Shown piece after piece: positions 35,087 to 47,069 of a stretch of DNA of 64,000 nucleotides. Both the position numbers and the translations under genes were made by a program. The stretch is from Fistulifera solaris (lineage: Eukaryota): NCBI GenBank assembly GCA_030295235.1, contig AP026141.1, forward strand, positions 1 through 64,000. Direction: 5' to 3'. Below the pieces are notes generated by a model. It had not been told where the DNA came from and ran no database searches. It was given only the letters and a program-made list of their open reading frames with translations. Each line of letters starts with the position of its first letter. Within the stretch, counting starts at the first letter, position 1.

Positions 35087-37132
35087 ATGGCAGACACTAC
35101 TGCTACTAATTCAGCAACTGAAACTGTTAATAACGAAACGGATAATGATACTCAGAATGAGAAACAGCCGTCGTCGGCGGAAGAAGGCAGTGAGACAACT
35201 ACAGAAGTCAACGAAGGAGACGAACAGCAAGCACAAGAACAGCAACAGCCTGTTGTGAATTGTGATGTCTGGACGGAAGATTTAGCCAAGGTACGTACAA
35301 GAAATGTGCATTGATAGTTCTTAGCGAAGGCCGTATCTTCGTTTCGCACTCTCTGCGCTTCTGCCTTTCGGCTTCTCATTCTCTCTCATTCGTATTTTCT
35401 CCTCTGTACGATCAGGAAAAGCAGATCTTCGATGCACTTTTTCAGTACACGCCGACCTAAAGACGGCTGGGCAGGTTTATCGTCAGGCTTGAAAAGCGTC
35501 GCGAAAGGGACGGCAGCTGGATTGACAGCCCTCATTGCTTCTCCCATGGTCGGTGCTCAACAGGAAGGAGTCAAAGGTCTAGCGGTCGGACTCATTACGG
35601 GAGTTGCCTCGGCTGTCACTCTTCCCGTCACTGGAGTGTGTGTTGGTGCGTATCAATTGTCGCGAGGTATTGTTAATTCCGCGGAAGCGATACAAAAATC
35701 GGCACAAGGTATGGTGTGGAACGAACAAACACGTGAATGGTATTTTTATTCTATGCAACAAGAAAATACGGACGTGGAGCAACAAATGCAGGATTTGCAA
35801 CGAAAATTGCAACAAAGCGACAACACCAGCAATAACACCAGCAACGATCGACCCGTGCAAGATCGACAGTATTATGATTTACTCAAAGTGCCTACCACTG
35901 CATCCAGTGCCGACTTAAAGAAAGCATATTACCGCGAAGCGCGCTTGGTTCATCCCGACAAGAATCCCGATGATCCCGATGCGGCCGACAAATTTCAAAA
36001 GCTAGGACACGCCTACCAAATTTTAAGTCAACCGGAAAGTCGCGCGCATTACGACAAACACGGTATTGTGTCGAACAATCCTTCGGAAATGAAATTGACG
36101 GACGTCGACCCGCGCACGTTCTTTGCGGTCATGTTTGGGAGCGATGCCGTAAAGCCGTATATTGGAGAATTGTGGATAGCCAACAAGGCCGATACGTTGT
36201 TGAAGGATCAAGCACTGCAAGAATTTGCCAACCAACATAGTGGTAACGGCGAAAGTTCTGACGAATCCAGCAATAGCAAAACTTCAGAAACTAAGAAAGA
36301 ATCCAGTGAGCGCGCTCAATACAAGGCGCAGCTGGAAGTGTTGCATCAACAACACCGACAAGTGCAGGCTGCTTTGCATTTACTCTCGCGTATACAACCT
36401 TTTGTGGAAGGACTTCAAGATGAAGCCGAATTTATTGCTTTGGCGCAAGAAGAGGCCGCGATTATCAGCAAACAGGACTTTGGTGCTGTCTTTCTGAAAG
36501 CCATCGGCTACTCGCTCGAGCTGGAAGCCATGGACTTTTTGGGATCGTATCAATCGTTTTTGGGCGTCGATGGCCATGCAGCGAAATTTCGAAAACGACA
36601 ATACCTGATGGCGAATCAGCTGCGTTTGCTGACGGCTGCAGTCGCTGCGGCGCGGGCAGGTAGTGCCGCCTATCAGGAAGTCGAGCGCTTACAGAAGCAG
36701 GCCGCGCAACTGAGCGAAGAAGCCAATCCGCAAACAATTAAGTTGGCCTCAGAAAAGATTGAAGAGAGTCTACCGGCAATTTTGGAACTAGCTTGGGCGA
36801 TCAATATTCAAGATATTACACGGACACTTCGAGGAGTATGTTTGAAACTATTTACCGATGGAGCGGAGCATTTGACGATTGAACAGCGATTGAAACGAGC
36901 AGAAGGAGTGTGGTTGTTGGGGAGAGAGTTTTACTCCATGGGATCAGTTGCCGAAGCCACTGCAACTTCGAATGGAATGAATGCAAAGGATATACGGACT
37001 CGTGCGGAAGTGGCTGCAATGACAACATTAGCCAAGGCACAGGGGCAGGAAATGAATGACAAGGATGCTGAGGAATTGATCAAACAAGCAAGAATGATGG
37101 AAGAGATGCAACGAAAGGCCACTTCTGGTTAG
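35087..37132 (+). CDS. DnaJ protein with DnaJ-X domain; intron 35291..35415; one extra T near 35440
   Basis: YYDLLKV..LKKAYY..HPDKNP..FQKLGHAYQILS J-domain, followed by FGS..YIGEL and DITRTLRGVC X-domain features. Confidence 0.9.
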
Positions 37133-37171
37133 ATTTTCAGTTAATAATTACCTAGGTATTAATTTAATTCA

Positions 37172-39465
37172 TTAACGGCGCTTTCCGCTTTTATTGCGTG
37201 CGCCGGTCGCACTAAGATGAGCTGTACTGGCTACATTTGAAGCCAAAGTCTTCGGCTGTTGCTCTCGTGCGGCAACATCTAGTTTGGCCAAATCTTTCTC
37301 TGAAATCGCGCCAGTCCCTTGATGTTTGTTCAATGTCGGTGTGTTATTTTTCTTTCGACGGCGATTCGCAGCACGGTCGTATTTAGGAATCCATCGCTCT
37401 GGATCGGGCTGCGTTGGACGTTCCGGATTGAACAAACCCTTCTTCTGGAGCTGATCCAAATATTGCGCGCGGAGTCGGGCACGTCGTTTCAGAACAGATT
37501 CATGTGACTTTCTGGAAGGGTCTGCCGTCGTAATAGATTGCATCATGTCAGCATCGCTTGGAGGTACCTTATGTGCATGAGTCCAACGCTGTGTATTCTT
37601 CTCAAGTGCTTCCATGGCGCGCAGATCGTAACCATGACCGTTATCGTCTGTTTTCAAGCTGCGAGCCATTTCCTCCCAAAGACTGATGGCCCTGTCTGGA
37701 TCTACATGAGTTAACGCTTGCACCAGACGAGCCTGGATCATTTGCTTCGTGTCGTCATCTTTGGCATGAGTCATGGCCATTTCGTAGCATTCAACCGCTG
37801 ACTGATAATTTCCCTGATTTGAATGCAAGTTCCCTTGCATCAGTGCCGTCTCTTTGGTTGGCGCCTTTCTTTTCGCTTGAGTTTGATCCGATGATTCATC
37901 ACTCTGCTTCAAAGATATCATGGTAGCTTGTACAGCTGGTTTCGTCCGCAACGATGGAGGCCAATCGGCATACAATTCGTCTAAAGAGGGCTGCTTCTGA
38001 AACTGTTCCTCCGCGGCAGCCTGGTGTAATTGTAAGTATACCAACATGTGATCACGGAATGGACTCTCCGCTATCGTCATGAGCGCAAAATCGAGGGCAC
38101 GGACGTTGCGTAGTTCTACGCTCGTCGCAGAAGTCTTCTTTTGTTCTTGGTGTTGCCTTTCTCTTTGCTATTAAGGGACTCGGGACAATACAATAGCAGA
38201 ACGGCCAACCGAACTTCCCACCACAACAAGACGGGATCATTTAGCATCGGATCATCCTTTTCAGGCGGTTTCTCCGGTGCCATAGTCTCCCAAAGTTCTT
38301 GAACCGCTGCGCGACAGTCACCGTACTGCTCTCGATGAAGGAACGTCACGCACCGGTTGTAATCTAACAAGCGGTCTTGCAGCAATGTCCATTTGATCTT
38401 GTCGTTCATGTTTTGCGGCAAAGCATCCAAAGTATCGAAGTTGTCATGGTAGTACTGCAATATCAACCACGGGTCTTTCGTATTGGAAATCTTTTTCAGT
38501 GAAGCCGTTTCTGCTGTTTGGAGTCGCATCCCTTTCATACTCGTACTTGTTGTATTGCTGTGATGGTGCCAAAACTGCTGACTCCATTCGAGTTGATTGT
38601 GACAGTTCTTATCTTGTGCCCGATGCGAATGCAAGAATTGTTTTGCTTCGCGCGCGTTCGAACGATGCAACAACTGATACGTGGCCACATTGTAACGCAA
38701 ATCGAATATCGTGTCCTCGTTCTCTTCGGCAATATTTGATTCTTGTTGAAGCTGCTTGTGAACAACATCAAGTAAGTCGGTAAATATAGTGTCCTCTTTC
38801 CGCGTGACCTTATTGTTTTTGCTCTCTGGACAATACGGTAAGGAGTATTGATTGAGATAGGCGGCCATGTAATTGACATAGATTTCATGCACATCGTCAT
38901 CATTATCGTTGTCGCCGTTTCCGCCGTCTTCTAATTGCTCTAAAATAGACGCATATATTTCCATAGCGCCTTCATAATCTTGCAAATGATAATACGATTG
39001 CGCTTGCAAGTGCATTGCCGCGAGTGCGTACGGCTGTTTCAGTTCGGCCGTGTCCAACAAATCTAAAACTTGGTCGTATTCTTGCAGCTGATAGAGTGCG
39101 TATGCTCGCATGATAATGTTTCGTTGATTTGGAGAGGAAGAAAGAATACTGGATGTCGCTCCTACTACTTGCGCGTGTGCCGTTTCATCCCCTTGTTGCA
39201 ACAAAAGCTGCAGGCGGACTTGTTGTAATGCTTCTTTCAGCGTCTCTTCGTCTGGCGTATCATTGCTGTTACTACTCTCATTACTACTTTCCTTCTTTTC
39301 TGTTGTAGATAAGATACTCGCTAGCCAGGCTTCATGATGTTGAATGGTTGTCTGACATTGCTGCTGTAAAAGTATCCGATTCGATGAGGATGCCTCGTCG
39401 CGCTCTTTCGTCAATTTCTGCACAAGTTCTTTCAGTTCTCGCACCAGATCTTGATGGCGGATCAT
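37172..39465 (-). CDS. SRP72: Signal recognition particle subunit SRP72 (frameshift ~38140)
   Basis: TPR-like N-term (RAYALYQL, HLQAQSYYHL) and the C-terminal RNA-binding motif PDPERWIPKYDR..HQG. Confidence 0.88.
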
Positions 39466-39584
39466 TATAAAGGAGAATTACTCGTTCAAATGTATTTAAA
39501 GGGAAGGAAAAGGGGTTGAAAGGAATTAGAGATACAATAAGAGAAAGGCAAAGAAATGCAACGAGCAAAATGAACGAGTGGGCT

Positions 39585-40485
39585 GGGGGACTCCTGTTAG
39601 CTCGCCGTCCAGAGGGAAGGGCTCCCAATAGCTCGCCCGTTTTGTGTGCCGTTATCAGGGTACTTGATAGGCCACAGTGAACTTCGCGCCATTGGGTGCG
39701 GTACCTATTACTTAAAGGACCTGCATTTTACTTAGGCGCCGTCAAAAACCACGCACATCCGATCGCATTATGCCTCCTCCAACCTTCCGACGCTGCTGCC
39801 GACCAAACGTAATCGAAGGTGTCTTATTATTGCATTGGTTTTCGTCTCATTATTACATAAATACAGTGCCATGTCGGTTGAAACTAAGCCTCGACGTTCA
39901 TTCGTCACCATCATGCAAACATACAATGCATGCCATCCATCGAATTCATCTGGTCCATACGAATGGAAAAAGCTCTTTGACGACCTCGGCGGCATCCCTA
40001 AAGACGATCACGAAGAGCTTCTCCGGAGCATTGCTTTTGTGTACGATCACGTTGTTCTAAAAAAGACTAGCTCACACGGCGACAGTCCTTGTTATGTATG
40101 CTCCTGCTGTGAGACCTTTTCTCTCGTTTGATGGAAGTCATTGAAGGGCGACAGAACCTTTAGTTGTGCGGCCGCAATATGAAATTCACGCGATCCTCTC
40201 CATTATTAGAAGGTGAAAGATAAGTTGTCGTAATCAATGCCTTTATCATATCATCACTATTCCTTTCTAACGTAATGGAATTAATTCTGGAACCAATGTA
40301 GAACGAGATCGGATGTGCGTGGTTTTTGACGGCGCCTAAGTAAAATGCAGGTCCTTTAAGTAATAGGTACCGCACCCAATGGCGCGAAGTTTACTGTGTC
40401 CTATCAAGTACCCTGATAACGGCACACAAAACGGGCGAGCTATTGGGAGCCCTCCCTCTGGACGGCGAGCTAACAGGAGTCCCCC
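39585..40485. mobile_element. Non-autonomous TIR DNA transposon (MULE-like), 901 bp
   Basis: TIRs 39585-39764 and 40307-40485 differ by 2 substitutions and 1 indel. Termini GGGGG..CCCCC. Flanked by AGTGGGCT (39577-84) and AGCGGGCT (40486-93), an 8-bp TSD with one mismatch. Confidence 0.9.
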
Positions 40486-40805
40486 AGCGGGCTTTCGAGT
40501 TTCGAGCTATTTTGTCTGGCTCTCGTCGCTCCAATAGGGTTCTGAGTCTTTCTGACGTCATCAGCCTCGTGTCTCTAGAGTAGAGAGTGTGTCGTCGTCG
40601 TACCAGGTACACAGTGCCCACTTTACATTACTTGCTATAGTCAAGCTGGAACGAACGACACACGCACCTTCGCTTTTGTGCCTCAATAAAACAGCGTCAA
40701 CATGAGACGCAACCGCAGCAACAGCAACAACAAACGGCGAGTCGGCTTGAAAGTGTCTCTTCCATTATTTGACTTTGTTTCTTTCCTTTTTTCCTTACTC
40801 AAGTC

Positions 40806-41324
40806 ATGTCTACGTCAATTCCCGAACGCTTGGCCGCGCAATACGCCGATTTGGCCTTTATGAAAGAGAAAATGGCCACCATGCAGCAAAATCAACAAAT
40901 GCGCGGTCTCGAGAACTACAACAAGCGCATGACGGAGCGTGCGACGACGCACAAGACGTGGCGTCAAATGAAAGGCATGCAGTTGGCGATGCATGAAATT
41001 AAGCATCCGGGAAATCGGGCCTTTGTGATTGGGTTGGGGTAAGTTTTAATTGAATGGAAGTTTCTAAAGAGCCCGAACGGGCTTTAAGTTGTGGTAGTGT
41101 TGTGCCTCTGCTTTGTTACAACATTCTCACTCTTTTCTCTCTCTTTCGGTTTTCTTTACTGCTTTGTTGGATTTCACTCTTCCGTGCGCAGCATCATGAC
41201 AACTCTCTGGGTTTCCTTGTATCGATCGGGTCTTGCTTCGGAGGAGGCTAAGAAGAGCTCTGATTACTGGCAACGATTCCATGCCAAGAATGGCCCCGGA
41301 GATCATTCTCACGGTCACCATTAG
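40806..41324 (+). CDS. Small single-TM protein, possibly a mitochondrial ATP synthase 6-kDa-like subunit; intron 41039..41191
   Basis: The GT-AG splice gives ..GNRAFVIGLGIMTTLWVSLYRSGLASEEAKKSSDYWQRFH, which resembles the plant 6-kDa subunit pattern (NxPFxxG..GLTEEDAKNSxFxQR, from memory). Confidence 0.6.
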
Positions 41325-41573
41325 ATCGATCATCCTTCGATACAGATGCATTTTGATCGCGAGTTAGTAAAGAAAGACTAGTCCAGTAATTTACTAAGGT
41401 AGAATCACGTTACCCTCATAATGTTCTTCTTCAGAATCTGAGATTGAATCACGCTAATAATCATTTGCAAAAAAAGCATGTATTATGATGCAAAAATGTC
41501 TGATATTATTTAACTACCACACTGCTTCAGATTGAATGGTCGATTGCGATAGACTGAGGTTGTTCGGAAGCCT

Positions 41574-42765
41574 TCAGCAGACACCAGGTGGTTCGTACGT
41601 AGATACTCGTGTCGGTAGTTCCAAAGCTGCTTTGTTATTGGTGTCGCCACAAATAGGATCTGATTCAAGCAGATGACTGGTATTATCATCTACCGTCCGA
41701 TCTGGAGATCGCAAACGCATCTCCCGTGCGATACCGAACCATACAATGGCAACGATTCCATTCAAATAGGATGATGGTCCCAAATGACAACTATGTTGTC
41801 GACAGATTGTCTCTGCATAGAAAGATAAAGTCGAGAGTTGACAAACACCCGCCATTATGGATGCTCGTGAACTCCACTTCCAAAGAGAAGGTCGCACGAG
41901 ACTACTTCCCATCACCAGCGTCCACCAAAGCACCATGAGCGTCATGGTGCCAAAGAATAAGGCCAGAACATTCATAGTTCGAGCTACGAAAGGCGCTTGC
42001 TTCGCATACGAGCCGCTGTACGGAACGCAGTATTCATAACTAAAGGAAGGGGTGAGACATCATGTGGCGTCGCATTAGACAGACTTACGATGGCATCAAC
42101 AGTAGCACATACCCATTGGATCCATTGTCCACTGAACTATACTTGTAAAGACCAAAGTGCATTTGCTTTTCCTTTTGTTGTACCGTCACATCAACGGAGG
42201 CGAAATAGCACGATGTACCCACGACCGCGTTGCCTAACCAACCAACCAAGATTCCCACCATACCTAGAATCAACAATTGTGCGACGGGAAGAACGTCACG
42301 ATTCGGGAAAACGAGCTGATGAGCGGGAAGCGCGACCGAAACTACATCCGGGGGAACATTCGCAGCCGTGCAAGTAGGATCCGTGTTTGTTGTTGTATTA
42401 GTTGTAGTAGCATTGGGATTCGCACAGCTTCTGGTTCGGGCCTTGAACGTTTCCGCCCATTGACTGCTATTCTTGTTCGTTTGTTGATGATGCTGTGCCT
42501 CCTTTCCTGCTAATTGCCGTACGTGATCTTCACTTTTTTCATTGTTATTGCTTGCCGATAATTCTTGTTCGAATGGAATAGGTGGTGGGTTTGAAGCATC
42601 TGAGGTTGTTGTATTTGTTGCCTCTGTTGTAGCGTTCATGGCCGTCCGTGTTTCATCCTGAGCATCATCATCGATCTTCTCCCTAGTGTAATTATCAGCT
42701 GGGGTCTTTGTATCCTGTAGATTCGGCGGCACGTAATGATTTTCGTGATTTGGTGCTTCACTCAT
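41574..42765 (-). CDS. Four-TM claudin-like membrane protein; intron 42112..42040
   Basis: TM1, then SCYF..FGLYKY..YCVPY, three further TM helices, and C..HSCHLG before TM4. The intron joins the ORFs in frame. Confidence 0.7.
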
Positions 42766-43386
42766 TGTCAGTGATTTTTCGATCGATCATGAAAAAATGA
42801 GTGAGAAAGATGAGTCTTGAGAAAGTGTAGCAGTACAGTTAAGGTTTAATGAGTGCGGCGGTGTTGTTCGTCAATTATCTTATTACAAATTTGTGCTTTT
42901 GCAATACAATAAATGATCGATCAAAGATGAAGCTCAAAGATCAAAGATACAATGTAGGATTTGCCGCAAAGCGCCGTTTTATTTGTTGCTGTTGTGTAGT
43001 CTACCTGGTACAGTCAGTCATTCGACAGATTTCCGTCCGTGTGTGTTGGGGCACGTGTCCTTTATCCGTTCGGAGAAAATCATCGTACAGTAAGCAGCGA
43101 ACGTAAAATAATGAAATTCAACCGATTTATTTGTATTGGAGCTAAGTCTATTGCTCACCGCAACGCAAAGAAAGAATAGTCTAGTACAGAGTAATCTAGT
43201 CTACAAGGCCGGAACAAGTAAAGGCTACATAACGAAAGGCGGGCGTAGCCCAGTGGATGGTGCTATGTGCAAGGACAAAAGCTAGAAGGGGCCTTAGAAT
43301 TCTACATTTCTTACGAAACAGAGAACATCAACATTCATCTGAAATTGAAAACCACATTTTTTAATCCTATTTGGTATCGCCGTCCC

Positions 43387-44897
43387 TCATGGAATCTGAT
43401 ACACGTTTTCGATGACTCCACTCTTCATTAGCACGGCTCCATTTTTCGGTTCATCGGATTTGCGACGCGAGCTACTATAGCTGAAACGACAATTGTACAA
43501 GCGAGAATTGTCCTTGGTGCGCGTCATCTCAATACCACCACTAATACGAGTTGTTTCTCCTTTCATGGTTGGAATACTGCTCAAAAAGTAAAACGTTTGT
43601 TGTCCCCAATGCGTGTAGCCATTTTCAGGTCCCGTCGATAGGAATGCGGGATGATGCAATTTCGGTGCATCTACTCCACCGTGATCGGTACGACTGCAGA
43701 AGTCGGCCGTGAACCATCCCGAGAAACCACTCACTGGACCCTGCACTTTACTTCCTTCGATTTCAAAATCAAACGAGGATTCTGGGTCGGACGCAAACAA
43801 TCCTTTGGCTTGTTGCAACGTACAAGTCATCATATCGTATCGTTTGATGACAGCCGGTTCCGCCAGAACAGCTTCCGGTGGCAACTCGGTCCACCGACTA
43901 GAAAGCATATAGTATTCTTTTGTTCTCGTTCGTAGTCGGGTGCCAGAATCGACATGTCGACGCCGTACATGGTGTTTGTCGTCTGTTCAAAGTCATTCCA
44001 ATCGGCCATGGCATTTGAGAAATCAGTGGCAGCGTGCTTGCGTTCTTCTTCATCGGTAATCGGAGCCAAGAGCATCGTCGTATGTGATGGGAACATTAAA
44101 CCCGTCTTTTGTTTGAGGAATCGGTCACGGGCGTGAATGACACTGTCCATCATACTTTCACGCAGCAACATATATCCCATCCTGTTAATATAAAATGAGT
44201 CAACCATAGAAACAACCAAGGCGCCTTTAAAATTCGTAGTAGCAACAAACATACCATTCGGAAATAATGATATCGACACATCGCTCGGTTCCATCCTCTT
44301 CGACAAGTAATTGATCCGACTCGATGGGCAATTTGACATCTTCGACTGCCGTCTGCAATACCGTAACAATATGATCAACATTATTCGCTTTCATGACCTT
44401 TTCCGCATGTTTGGCCATGTCCGTGTATTCGATTGCGTAGACTTTACGGGCACCCGCTTGTGCCGCCCAGACCGAGAGAATTCCGGATCCAGTGCCAATG
44501 TCCATGACGACCTTGTCGCGAAAGACGTCTTGATTCCCCAAAATTGCACTGTGATAAGCCGCCACTGAGAGAAACGAAGAAGCAAGATTAGGTGAAAGAC
44601 GTGTGAGCAAATTAGAGGGTAAAAAAAAACGAAAAAAATGACTCGCAGACTTACTTCTCTGATGATCCGATAACATAGATTTCTGATGATATATTTGCGA
44701 GTAAGCACCTGCAAGCAGAAAGCGAATAATTAAAGGTCAGACTCTCGTTCCTTCAAGAATTTAAACTGCACATCTTATTACTTACAGAAATAATTGGCAA
44801 AATCGGTTGCCTTGGCTTTTTCGTCGCCGTTGAAACTCGGAATTTCTCCTTGAGCATTCATATTAGGAAAGTTTGTTTTCTCGGATACCGACGACAT
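43387..44897 (-). CDS. PRMT10: Type I protein arginine methyltransferase, PRMT10-like (3 introns, frameshift ~43918)
   Basis: DFANYF..YHQKSMLSD; VMDIGTGSGILSVWAAQAGARKVYAIE; DIIISEWMGYMLLRESM double-E loop; THW loop (YTHWGQ). Confidence 0.88.
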
Positions 44898-45299
44898 GAT
44901 TCGGAATGATTGCTTTGTTTATGGTATGTAAAAGCGTATAGCCTCTAGAGTGTTTTACAAGGAAGTCAATAGGAAGCGTGTAAGAAGAAGAAGAAACGCA
45001 ATAACGACGACGAAGAAAAAATCGTCGGAAAATCTATTGGATGCACAAAGTCCAGCGGACGATGACAGGCAACAACAACGAAAGTGTTGTATCAACTATG
45101 GTCTCTAATGTAGGCTCAACCTTCCGGGACTACTTTTCAGTCACGGACATAGACATAAGCAACCTTGCATCTGATGTATTTTTTATGTTTGGTGTTCCAT
45201 TCAATGTCGGTTCTTGTGAATATGCTTTATGCATGTATGTTGAGAAATGATGCAAGGAAGTCTGTCGCTGTCGCACCCGAATATCGTTGCGATCAAGTT

Positions 45300-45970
45300 C
45301 GATAAGTTCCCATTACTGCCTGCATCGATAAAATTCCTGCGAGTCCTACGTGAATCCGACGAAGACATCCGAAGCGTTGTATCGTCACTGTTTTTCTACG
45401 GTTTGAGGTTAATTTAGGGTATTATGACATTGCAGTCAAACATGCTCGAAATTAGACTCTAGGATGATATCAAAATGATCCCAATCCGGGTCCTCCTCTG
45501 TCGGTACGAGAGCTACGTGAAATTACGTAGCCATTCGAAGCGTTGCATCATTCGCTCAATCAACGCTTTGCTTTCGAATCGAAGGCGTTTATTGCTTCCT
45601 GGTACGAAGCCAATACGTTGGACAAGGAAACGTTAACATCTGTGCACTGTACATGCAACAATTCAATGATGACGAAAAACACAATATCCGGGTTCTCCTA
45701 CAGAGATAAATTTCTTACGGCGGTTACGTAACATACGCGTAGACACTGGAAGCGTTGTATCTTTCGACTAATTCTTGTATCACTGTCATATAAAAATTGA
45801 TTATTGTTTAAATTCACGCATTAGCAATGTTGGGCCAAGTAATCTCGACATTGTGTTGTCGGCAATGCGGAAAATGATGTGATCGATAATACACAACGTC
45901 CGGGTTACCCCTCTGTCAATAAATTTCCCTACGAGAGCTACGTGAAATTACGTAGCCATTCGGAGTCGCG
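45300..45970. repeat. Degenerate array of the 213/426-bp satellite (family B)
   Basis: CCGGGT..GATAAATTTCC..CTACG..CTACGTGAAATTACGTAG cores at ~45325, 45486, 45687 and 45900; the last three alternate A/B/A types. Confidence 0.85.
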
Positions 45971-46074
45971 TTGATTGCGTCGCAGCGACAATTTGTTGAT
46001 TTTTTGGGGAGAAAATTTTCGTAGCTCTTGCTGCTTTCGATACTTATTGATGTTTATTCGTTTGAAACAAAACA

Positions 46075-46875
46075 ATGAAAGGCACTTTCGTCAGTTCTCT
46101 CGTCAACTCTGCAAGTTATCTGAGGAGAAAACGAGCCAACAGTCGGTTTTTTGCGACACATAATGAACCTTTTTACGGCAGTCCTCGACCGCCACGCCAG
46201 CAATACACACCGTCACGTCTTTCACTCGCTTGGCAATACGCTTGGACGGCGTTTCAAGATCCGACTCGTGCAGATGCGGTAGCCGCCGTCGGAGAATTGA
46301 CGGGAACGTTTGCACTTGATCGTTTAGTACAAGTGATGCGACAAGAGGCTTCTCTCTTACTGAAGGAACGCCCCATTGTTTCAAAGGAGACGCTTCCCTA
46401 CGAGAAATTGTTGAAAGATGCCGTCGATCCAACGACAGAAGAAGTCACATTCGGACAAGCCTATGGCTATTTCCTGAAACAACACGGCTTTGATCCGGAC
46501 GAACGCGATCCCATTCGTTATCTCGAACCTGATTCCGATGCCGCCTACGTAATGCTGCGGTATCGACAATGTCACGATTTTTTTCATACACTCACCGGAT
46601 TGCCGCCAACCGTACCGGGAGAACTGGGATTGAAGTGGCTGGAATTGTTTCAGACAGAGTTGCCGTTGGCCGCGGTGGCGTGTACGGTGGGGTCTTTGCG
46701 ATTAAACCCAGAAGAACTGCAGCTCGTATGGCAACAATATTTGCCGTGGGCCATCCGCGTGCGTCAGAATATGAAATTTGGGCAGTTACTGTGCGTGTAT
46801 TATGAAAAGGAATGGGATACACCCTTGGAAGAGTTGCGACAGCGGTTGGGAGTCGATCCGGCTCCTCGAATGTGA
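46075..46875 (+). CDS. COQ4: Ubiquinone biosynthesis protein COQ4
   Basis: DPTRADAVAAVGELTG, TFGQAY, YVMLRYRQCHDFFHTLTG..GELGLKWLELFQT (HDxxH..E motif), VYYEKEWD. Confidence 0.95.
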   Translation: MKGTFVSSLVNSASYLRRKRANSRFFATHNEPFYGSPRPPRQQYTPSRLSLAWQYAWTAFQDPTRADAVAAVGELTGTFALDRLVQVMRQEASLLLKERPIVSKETLPYEKLLKDAVDPTTEEVTFGQAYGYFLKQHGFDPDERDPIRYLEPDSDAAYVMLRYRQCHDFFHTLTGLPPTVPGELGLKWLELFQTELPLAAVACTVGSLRLNPEELQLVWQQYLPWAIRVRQNMKFGQLLCVYYEKEWDTPLEELRQRLGVDPAPRM

Positions 46876-47069
46876 ACGCTTGCCAATCCTAAGATACTAA
46901 CCACGCGTCCCAATGAAACAGTCCGTTACTTGAAAAAGGAAAAAGACGAAGCATTCGATATGAAGACTCAGGGATCAAACAACATTAAAATTATAACATG
47001 TAAATAGTTAAAAAAATGACTAATCAAAAGTGACAAAAAGTAGTTGGTTGCTCTGGACGGCTTGTTGTT

